Positions 53,833-64,000 of a DNA stretch of 64,000 nucleotides are shown here, in pieces (position 1 is the first letter of the stretch; each line of letters opens with the position of its first letter). Below the pieces are notes generated by a model that did no database searches, was not told the DNA's origin, and saw only the letters and a list, made by a program, of their open reading frames with translations. A program made the position numbers and the translations under genes. Origin of the DNA: the human T2T-CHM13v2.0 reference genome, Homo sapiens; NCBI RefSeq assembly GCF_009914755.1, contig NC_060942.1; one strand, 5' to 3'.

Positions 53833-54295
53833 TGTAGCAGGACAAGCCGCAGACAAAACCCCTCAGACACCGAATTAAAGCAGGAACGGCTTTATTCAGC
53901 TGGGAGCTTCGGCAAGACTCACGTCTCCAACAACTGAGCTCCCCGAGTGAGCAATTCCTGTCCCTTTTAAGGGCTCACAACTCTAAAAGTGTCTGCGTAA
54001 GAAGGTCATGATCGATTGAGCAAGCAGGGGGTACGTGACTGGGGGCTGCATGCACCGGTAATTAGAATGGAACAGAACAGGACAGGGATTTTCACAGTGC
54101 TTTTCTATACAATCTCTGTAATCTATAGATAACATAACTGATTAGGTCAGGGGTCAACCTTTAACTACCAGGCCCAGGGTGTGGTGCCGGGCTGTCTGCT
54201 TGTGGATTTCATTTCTGCCTTTTAGTTTTTACTTCTTCTTTCTTTGGAGGCAGAAATTGGGCATAAGACAATATAAGGGGAGGTCTCCTCCCTTA
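53833..54295 (-). mobile_element. Solo LTR, LTR2/LTR2B (HERV-E)
   Basis: Minus strand begins TAAGGGAGGAGACC..CCTTATATTGTCTTATGCCC and ends ...CTACA; 4-bp TSD TAAC. Confidence 0.85.
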
Positions 54296-56217
54296 TAACC
54301 ATCATGATAAACAGAGTGAATGTAAAACATAGAGGGTGAAAACTCATTGTGCCAACTTCCTACAATGTAGATGTTATATATGGACAGGACCGAGCAGTAC
54401 AAAATGCTGAATGTGTCATCACAATGGAACATAGGTGAAATTCACATGATATTCACGTGTAATTTTCATTCAGGCACAAAAGAGTACATACTGTAGGTTT
54501 CCATTTATACAGTGTTTAAAAATAAATTTAAAATATGTTGATCATGACCAGAATAGTGAGTGTCTCTTGGAAGTTACTGCCTAGGAATTAGCCAAAGAGC
54601 GGCTGCCAGGGTGTTCATATCTGGGCGGTGGTAACACAGTGTTTGTCAGAAGGCAACAATCTGTACAGGTAATATACTGTGCACTGCACCACAAGTAAAG
54701 CAACCATCAAATAAAAACAAAGTAACACAAACTATTTTTCCATACGCAAACTTCCATCCTTACTGTCCCCTCTGAGTCCATCACATATTTTAAATAGAAG
54801 TAACTCCAATCTTGCATGCACACTTCTGGATATAGAGGGAACACACAATGCTCTCTTTTAATCGGGACAATCATGACAGCAAATTCAGCAAAAGACATCA
54901 CAAGAAAGGCGAATTAAAAGCCAAACTTGGCTGGGTGTGTGGGCTCCTGGGGACAGTGGGGTGTCCCCTCCCCTCACTCCAGCTGCCCTGATTTTCCAGC
55001 ACAGGATTTGCTGGCCATGCCCTTCACTCTGTTTACACATCGCCCCCAGATGTGAACCCCTCTAGGACCTGGATGTGACTCAGTGTTCAGCACCCCTAGG
55101 GTCTCACAGAGCACTGGATACTTATGCCTGTGCCCAGGAAGTACGTACTGGATGAAAGATAACACTAGGCCATTGATGGCTACGCTGGAAGGAAAACCCA
55201 GAGGCGGGGAGGTGACGTCTCCCTCATCTCTGAATCCCAGTTCTGGACTCCCTGGTGCCACAGTCATTAACCAGGTGCATCTGTATTTTAAATTAATTTT
55301 CAAATGTAATCTCCAGTACCTCATCACATCAGGCATATTTCCAGTGCCCGATAGCCCTGCGCTCACAAGGCAGAGGAAACATTCCCGTCTGTGCAGAACA
55401 GGCTCGTGGCAGTGGCTCCAACCTGGGACAGTGCCTGTTTGTGAATCACCGACCTGTAGGGTTGGAGCCCCACATTGATAAGGCTGGTGGGGAGAGCTGC
55501 AATGATCCGGAAGAGAGGGGAGTGGCACGTGGAAAGGGGGTCCTCTCTTGATGTGAACGTTTGCAAATGTGAGCAGTGACTTGTTGAAGGTCTCTGATTC
55601 CAGAGAGCCCAGGTTAGTTCTGAGAAAGCAGAGGACGGAGCAGGGAGTTGCTGTGGCAGCTGGTGTGGCCTCCGGTGCAGCAGGGAGGATGGGCGAGTGC
55701 CTCTGGGTAACACCTTTCTTGTGGTACTTGTGTCTCCAGAGCTTGGATTGGCAACAGGAGACAAGACTCCAGCAGTGACGATGATGACGCTCCAGGTAGA
55801 TGGGCACCCTGGAGAGGGGACGCCATGAAAGTGGCTTCCCGGGAGCAGTCCACTCAAGCCTGCCGCTTTGGAGACCAGGGAAGGAAGAGGGAGATGAAAT
55901 TAGAAAAAAAAGAAAATGTGTTATGTTTAAATGTTCATGATGGTAAAAAAAGTGATGATGTCTAGGGCCTTTGAGTGTTGTGTTTGTCATCATCTTTTCT
56001 TGCTTTGCTTCTCAAACATTATCTTTCCCTCAGGACCTGCTCTTTTCTGCCTCTTCCACACCAAATCCCAAAGACTTGGGTTCTATTGGTTATCGTCTCT
56101 TGAGAATTGGCTTGGTTTCTCCTGACTGCTTAGAGTAAAATGCAACAAGAGACTGGGTTTTGGAGCTGCAGGATGTCTGTGGGCGCAGCTCTCCCCAGGG
56201 CACTTGACACTGGGAGT

Positions 56218-56342
56218 CAGGTGGGGGTGGGGACTGGGCCCCTCCTGTCTGCACTCTCAGGTGGGGGTTGGGGGTGGGCCCCTCCTGTCTGCACTCTCAG
56301 GTAGGGGTGGGGACTGGGCCCCTCCTGTCTGCACTCTCAGGT
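56218..56342. repeat. 40-bp tandem repeat, 3 copies
   Basis: GTGGGGGTGGGGACTGGGCCCCTCCTGTCTGCACTCTCAG x3. Confidence 0.95.
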
Positions 56343-57764
56343 GTTGTTGCAGCAACTTAGTGCTTCTGCCCCCTCTGCTGACTCCTGCTTTGAAGGCACT
56401 CCCGTGGCTGTGGAACTTCCAGAATCAGCCTCGGTGTGATGCAGTTGTAGCAAACTCAGCCCCTTCTATGCTGAGCTCTGGAGCTGGGAGGGCGCCTCAG
56501 AGTCCTGAACTGGGTGAGGGCCCTCCCACAGGGCCGCCCTCACCTCTCAGGGTCACCCCGGGGCCATCCAGGGCGGGGCTTTCAGACAGAGGAGTTTCCT
56601 TCAGGGGTCTCAGGCACCGGGTCATGGATGGAGTTGTGGCACATCAGCCACCGCAGGCTCCTGGGACCCGGGACTGGAGGAGCCTTCCCCAGCTGATCTT
56701 GCTCTGCAGAGCCCGGCCCACGGTACCCACTGGAGTCCCAGAGGCACAGGGTGCTGCCCCCAGTCCTGAGGGTCTTTCCTGTTCCTTGTGAGTGGTGGCG
56801 CTGGTCAGCACGTGGGTCAGCGTGGAGGATGCAGGAAGAAGAGCAGCACCACGCAGGTGGAACCAGGAGGGGCTGCTCCGTGAAAAGGGGGAAGGCTTTA
56901 TATGGCCACGTGGCCAAAGAATCTGTATGAATGCCCAAAAGGCATATAAAATGTATGGAGCATTATGAATCCAAAATGGAACATTGCATCACAATGCTAT
57001 CTCTTTACACAAACATAATAATGCCCACAGTGAACAGAGTGGGAAGAATTGATGAGGACACAGGCCACAATTTGAGGCAGGAGGGAGTTAAACCCAAAGT
57101 GCACGCTACCAGCAGCTCCTTAGAGGCCCATGTAGCCCCTCGGGAGGACTGCAGAGTCCAGGGGCAGGAGGCGGCACCCCCGCCCTTCCTCACAGCTCTC
57201 TGGAAGACCCTGTGGTTCGAGGTCACTTTCCTGAGGGCTCACCACATCGCCCGTGTACATATAACTAGGCAGGAGTATTGCCCATTAGGAGGCTACTTTG
57301 GTGCTGCAGCTTGGATTTTGGGCCAAGAGCTCAAGCACTTGCTGGCCTCACCCGCCCCAGCTGCTCCAGCCTCCCGGCCTCCAAACCTGCAGTTTCCTAT
57401 GCCCGATGCCCCAGCCCCTGCACCAGCTGGACTCACCCTCACTCCGTATAGTTTTTATTTCCATATTCTTGTACAGTCTCCACTATTTTAACATTTCACA
57501 TTCGTGTTGTACATTTGATAAAACTGTAGAAACCAATATTGATAAATATTGATACGTTATTAATCCAATGTCAGGGACCCACCATTATGCACCAAGTAGA
57601 TTCACTGCCCTAAAACTCCTGCTTGGCCTCCTTCCCACGCCTGGACTTTGGTAACCACCGATCTTTTTACTGTTGTTATAATTCTAGCTTTTCTAGAATG
57701 CCATATTGCTGGAATTATACAGCCTTTTCCTATTGACTTTTTTTCACTTAGAAATGTGTATTTA

Positions 57765-58069
57765 GGCTAGGCTCATGCCTGTAATCCCAGCACTTTGGGA
57801 GGCCGAGATGGGCAGATCACGAGGTCAGAAGTTCCAGACCAGCCTTTTCAACATGATGAAACCCCATCTGTACTAAAAATGCAAAAATTAGCTCGGCGTG
57901 ATGGCACGCACTTGTAATCCCAGCTACTTGGGAGGCTGAGGAGGAGAATTGCTTGAACTTGGATTAAATATATATACTCAGATTAAATGCATATAATTTA
58001 ATTTAATTTAATATAATTAAATATAATTTAATCTGAGTCACAGCACCAAAAAAAAAAAACAAAAAAACA
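57765..58069 (+). mobile_element. Alu whose right arm is largely replaced by an AT-rich insert
   Basis: Alu sequence to ~57962, AT-rich tract, then A tail; TSD-like AGAAATGTGTATTTA / AGAAATATGCATTTA. Confidence 0.85.
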
Positions 58070-58759
58070 GAAATATGCATTTAAGTTGTCTCCATTCTGT
58101 TTTGTGGCCTGACAGCTCATTTATTTGAATCACTAGCGATACCTCATTGCATGGATGTACCACATTTGGTTTATCATCCACTGAACTGCCTTTTGGTTGC
58201 TCTCAGGTCTTAGCAATCATGAACGAAGCTGCTATAAGCGTCTGCGCACAGGCTTTGTGTGGACACACGTTTTCAACCCATGTGGGTGAGCACCTGATGT
58301 GACTGTGGGATGGGTGTAAAGCACATGTATAGCTGGGCGGGGACCTGCCATCTGTCTTCCAAAGGGGCTGACACCATCTGCATCCCCACCAGCCATGAAC
58401 GAGTTACTCTGTGGCTAGTTTAGCTCAATTACTAGTTTCATTCATGTGTTCAACAGGGTTTCTCTATGCTGGCAGGTTAAAACTCAGACATCCTACACAA
58501 TTTTAATAACATTCTTAAGGTCAAGTCTAGTTACTTACTTGAACTTTCTTATCAGTTGAATCCACCACACGCCTGCTATTTTCTCTGACCTGACAGTGGC
58601 TGTCTGATGGTGCAAACTTTGTATTCAGGAAATTCCCAAAGTGAGTCAGCAACAGCAGACCTTGTCACAATAACCTAAAACCCTCCCCTCGAGACCCCGG
58701 CCCCATTCCATGCTTGGTATATCATCAGCTATCTGATGTCTGTAAAAGATGACCATGTA

Positions 58760-59069
<310 letters not shown>

Positions 59070-60198
59070 TCATTTATGTTATAATTCTCAGCAGGGGAAG
59101 TGTTCTACCACCCATAACTGAAGATTCTGGACATTATTATAAAGGTCTGTTTTAGATCTGGGTAAAAATTTGGTCCACTTTTCTGCTGTTTTGTCTCTGG
59201 GGCAAGAAACATAAAGACCCCGAAGTCTATCCCATTCCTCTCGATAGGCTCAGGCTGAGGAACAAATTCAGGACCTTCATTCATTAGAAGCCACCCCTGT
59301 AACCCCTCCTACCTTCCTTAGTCGAGGGCAGATGGCTGAGGTGGAGGAAAGCTCCCTCAGCCTCCTTGGGCTACTCCAGTTTGCATTTGGGCCCCAGAGG
59401 AGTCTCTTCTGTGATGGGGCATGAGCCCAGTCTCCCCACAATGATCCCCTGAGCAGAATATTTCCTGAAAACAGGCTTCCAGTGAGAAGGGCCAGGCTGT
59501 TCCAGCCATGAGGAAAATGCCCTGCGGGGGACTCGAACATCCAAACAGCCAGGAGGGTCAAGGAGATGGACTCTGCTTTCCGCAAAGCTCCTGCACACTT
59601 CCGCGTCAAGGGCTTCTGTGATACTCAACACAATCCCATCTCCACATGGTCAGTGACAACCCCAACCAGGCAAGCTGTCCACCAGCACAAGAGGGAGTCT
59701 GCCCGCCCCCGATCAGCTCAGCTGGTCCACACTCCCAAAAACCCATATTCAGGGGTGGGGGGCAATTGTCCCCACTGGCACCACCTGCAAATGCAAGCAA
59801 CGCAGTGTCCTGCAGTGCGGACACCAATCAGGCTTTACTGAGGACATTTTCAAGAGTGGGCTCGGCTCAGCGTGGCTCACGGTTCTTCTGCCTCTCGTGA
59901 GCCTCAGGGCAGCTGGGTGGATGTGGGCTTGTGCTCCAGGATCAGCACCCTCCAGATTCTCTGCTTTTTAATAAATGCAGTGGTAAGAGGCCGTGCAAGG
60001 AGGAGTGATGGGAGGAAGAAGCTCTAGCCGCTCAGGGGAGGTGCAAGGCCAAGACTGGAGTCAGTCTTACCGCTCTCGCTTGACCAGATTCTGAGCAGAA
60101 TTGTGGGGGGGCTGGTGTGGTAAGAATTCCTCCTTTCGTCAGCGTGATCAGTGTCCTGAGACCTCGGCTGCAGCCTCCAGAGTGAGCCCCTTGTGGCT

Positions 60199-60889
60199 GT
60201 CACAACTTTCTAAGTGGAAGAACTTTTCATCTGTCCTCTTATGTTCAGTGCCTGGGGCCCTGCAAATTAAACTTTAAAAAGACAGATAAACAGGAAAAAG
60301 GCAAACAATTTTAAAAAAATTAATGTGGCTGAGTGGTGCGGTGGCTCACACCCTTAATCCCAGCACTTTGGGAGGCTGAGGCAGGTGGATTGCTTGAGGT
60401 AAAGAGTTCAAGACCAGCCTGGGCAACATAGCAAGACCCCGTCTTTACAAAACTTAATGAATTAAATAATTTAAATTGTTTAAATAAATGTTCTATGTGG
60501 ATGAAAATTTACAGAAAACAAGTGAAACTCAAAGGAATGGTTAGACTCAGGGGCTTACCTGCCATTTTAACAGAGAAAAGGGGGTTTGGGCTTCATGGAC
60601 GGCAAATCATGGAGAGGTGGCTGGGAACATATGGGGGACGCTAACAGAAGGTGAGGGTGAGTTTAGCAAGGTTTGTTCACGCTCACTCCCTCTCCAGTGA
60701 GAAGAGTCACTCTCCCCTCCTGGCGTGGAGAGGGGGAACCTTCACAGGGGAGTTTATGCCCTGCTTTCACATGGGAAAGGGGAGGGCAGACAGCTCGTCC
60801 TGCATATGCCCATTCTCAGTTTCCTCAGCTCAAAATAATCCTTATGCCAAAGTGGCACATTTGGGGGTGCATATTCAGGACCCTTTCAA
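60199..60889 (-). mobile_element. MER34/MER39-like ERV1 LTR interrupted by an Alu monomer (60329-60451)
   Basis: Minus strand starts TGAAAGGGTCCTGAATATGCACCCCCAAATGTGCCACTTTGGCATAAGGATTATTTTGAGCTGAG. Confidence 0.6.
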
Positions 60890-62824
60890 TATGTAAAGCA
60901 CTTAGCACCACTGCTGGCCATATTGAGCGCTCATATTAAACATTTCTTATTACTTTTATATTTACCATAGTTAGGTTCTGAGCTGGGTGTAACATCATTC
61001 CTGTCCTCAAGAAGTTAACAGTTTGAAGCAAACGGAGAGACGCATGAACACAGACAGGTACACAAGGTCATCAGTGGTGAGTGCTGTGGAAACGCAGCCG
61101 AGGGCAGGGCACGCAGAAGGAGCAGTGCGTGATGTTGGCGTGGGGGTTCCAGGAGGTTCTGCAGGAGGGCCCCTCTTGAGCTGGGTCTTGGAAGAGGAGT
61201 GGGTTTTAGGTGGAGGAAGAGAAGAACTCTAAGCAGTAGAAACCACAGGAACGAGGACACGGAGTCCTCATGAACATGTGCAGCGAATTCAGGATCAGCG
61301 AGGGGCCCGTGTGGCCGGCGGGAGGGGGTGGCGTGGGCGGCAGGCAAGTGGGTCCAGGGGAATGGCCACAGTCACAGCAGCTGGCACCTGGCGGAGGCTC
61401 ACCCTGGGCTGGCACACCGGGCTGGAAGGTCTTGGAGCTGCACGAGCCGTGCTAAAAACTCTGTGATTCATCTCGTAGCCAATGAGGGGCTATCGGACAC
61501 ATCTGAGCAGACTGCTGTTTGGGAAAGGACAGGCACACGCAGGCTCTTGGTAAATGCGCGGTGAATTAAATTGAACTGGATCATGGTATAAAGAGTCTAT
61601 CTGGTGGCAAGTCCCATGTAAGGGGTTATAAAATAGAAGTCCTAGCAATGAAATAGGCCAAATGCAGTTGATAAGTGGAAGTAATGAGTGGGCCCAAGAT
61701 CCCATAGCTCATTTTAGAATGAGTGAAAAATATAAGGCACAGTAGAGCAGCAGTTTCTACCACGGGCCACTGACTCACAGAGCTTGTGAATGACATGTGT
61801 GAAGCACCTAAGTGTCGTTTCTTATTCCTGAGGGAGTGAGGTGAAGATTCGCCCTGGCCTATGACAAAAAAGGGTCCTTCTGAGGCTGGGGGGATGTGCA
61901 GGCCCATCCTATCGCAGGAGTGGGGAATCTGGAAGCCATGTTCATAGCCTCCCTAGCTAAGTAGCTGCGAGTTCAGCTGAGCTGAGCTTCACGCTCTCCC
62001 CTGGGCTTGTAGGGCATTGTTCAGGGACACAGGAAGCCGCACCTGCGCTGGGGCGTACGCAGGGCAGGCAAAAATGACATAACTGTAACCATGGGCTCTG
62101 AAAGCCCTACGCTTGGGCTGCACTGGCCACAGCTCACCTCCTCTAGAGCTTCATAGAACGCACACGCTTGCAAACCCACAGGCGCGCTGATAAACCTCAG
62201 GGCTTCCCCCAGGGTCTCACCAATCCTCTATTGACAGCTGTGGCTGGAGAACCTCCACGCAAGCCAGAATGTGGGAAGATGGCCCGGTGGGTGGAGTGGG
62301 GGTGAGGACAGCAGGGGAGCCAGTCCAGGGGTGCTTTGTCTCAGCGGGAACTGTGCGGAGTTTGTCAGTGCCCGGTAACTGTCGTGTCGCCTGCCCCCTG
62401 GTGGCCGCGGGCGCACACCGCTCTCCCCAGGCCTTCCTGCACCGCCTCCTGATAGAGATGGGGCCATCTGGGGAGCAAACCGTGCCGGGAGCCAGTGTTG
62501 CCTGCAGAAACCACTGGGCACGAGAGCCTCCTCCCTGGACAGTGCAGAGGGTCTTGCCCCTGGAAACGCACAGGAGACGACCTTTGCTGTCTTTTGGCTT
62601 GAAATAACCTCCGGCTGTATTTCTACATTGGCTCCAAAGACACACGTTTCAGCCTCTGGAAAAGCAGGAGCGTTTGCTTACCCAGGGTCACTGTCGGATT
62701 CAGTGCTGGTCATGGGTGTCGTCCTCTGTTCCTGTGCTGGCCTCTGAACAATGCAGAAAAGGAAGGAAAAAGTGACCAGACAGTCAATCTTTGCTGCCCT
62801 AGTTTTTCATTTTTAAAAATTATG

Positions 62825-63310
62825 ATGCCATATTTGCACACCCACTTTCATAGCAGCACTATTCACAGTAGTCAAGAGGTGGAAGCAGCCTAGATACCCA
62901 TCGATGGGTGGATGCATGATCACCACGTACTGCATGCATGCAACGGAATATTATTCAACCGTCAAAAGGAAGGAAATCCTGAGACAAGCTGCATCATGGA
63001 TGAAACTTAAAGACATCGTGCTAAGTGAAATGAGCCAGACACAGAAGAACAAATACTGTGTGATTCTACTTACATGAGGTACCCAGAGTGGTCCAATTCA
63101 AAGAGACAAAATACAAGCATGGTGGCCAGGGCCTGGGAAGGGGGTGGTGGAAGTTGCTGTTTAATGGGTGCAGAGTTTCAGTTTGGGATAATGAAAAAGT
63201 TCTAGATATCTGTTACATAGCAGTATGAATACACTTAACGCTACTGACCTGCACACTTAAAAATGGCTAAGATGGTAAAGTTTATGTGTTTTTTTACCAC
63301 AATTAAACAT
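62825..63310 (+). mobile_element. L1MB-type 3' end
   Basis: CATAGCAGCACTATTCACA...GCTAAGTGAAATGAGCCAGAC...CACTTAAAATGGCTAAGATGGTAAA. Confidence 0.8.
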
Positions 63311-64000
63311 TTTAAAAATTATTTTTTAAATATGATAACTATTGACTATTCTCTTTTTGCAGCATTATTTATTTTATATTTTACATTCTTTTGTGCTGAG
63401 GTGTAGTTTATATACAATAAGTTACACAGTTCTTCTGTGTTCAGTTTGATGAGCTTTGACTACACCAAACAAGATATGAAGAACATTTCCATCACTCAGA
63501 AAGTTCCCTCGTGTCTCCACCCCATCAGCCCCCTTCCCCAACCAGATAATTGCTTTCTGACTCTGTCACTAGACATTATTTTTCTCTTTGAGGTTAAAAA
63601 TTATATTCAGTGAAATGCACAGTTCCAGGCATACAATTTGTGAGTTTGACAAATGTCTGTACCCACGTAACCAACACTGTAATCTAGATGCAGACATTCC
63701 CTATAGCTCCAGAAAGTCCTTTCTGTCCCTTCCTGCCTGTGACATCCTCTACCAAGGTCATCAGTGATCAATGTCCTAAAAACACAGCAAAGTTCTGGGG
63801 ACACAGAAAGAGCAGTCTCCCCCGATAGGTCATTCTACGTGTTCTTGAACTTCACAGAAATGGAGTCGTGCAATCTGAGCTCTTTTATGCCTGGCCCTCC
63901 CACTCAGCATGTTTTTGGACTCACCCGTGCTGCTGTGTAGATCAGCAGCTTGTTCCTTTTTCTTGTCGAGTAGTATTCTGTTGCATAAATACACCAGCAA

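Noticed and set aside
54974-55993. 339-aa minus-strand ORF
   Set aside because: No recognisable domain, composition typical of a chance ORF, no supporting gene structure
59070-59660. Possible ERV internal fragment next to the MER34-like LTR
   Set aside because: No gag, pol or env motif could be identified by eye

Overview
Primate (human or great-ape-like) genomic DNA, rich in repeats, with no intact conventional protein-coding gene. Clear features are two near-full-length but defective L1s in inverted orientation (6.6-12.7 kb on +, L1PA3-like; 27.4-33.4 kb on -, L1PA2-like with intact ORF0), processed pseudogenes of PMM2 and MIX23/CCDC58 with TSDs, many Alus, Tigger elements, an LTR2/HERV-E solo LTR and several tandem repeats. 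The PMM2 plus MIX23 retrocopy pair suggests human 18p11.21 near CIDEA (inference from memory, not checked). Between the repeats lie the colinear exon remnants of an unprocessed sodium/glucose cotransporter (SLC5A4/SLC5A1-like) pseudogene of about 45 kb on +, with exons 9, 11 and 12 present twice. One copy of exon 12 is still an open two-TM frame that now ends in a stop plus AATAAA. It can be spliced in frame either to an upstream ATG exon (101 aa) or to L1 ORF0 (123 aa). All homology calls were made by eye against remembered sequences and need database confirmation.
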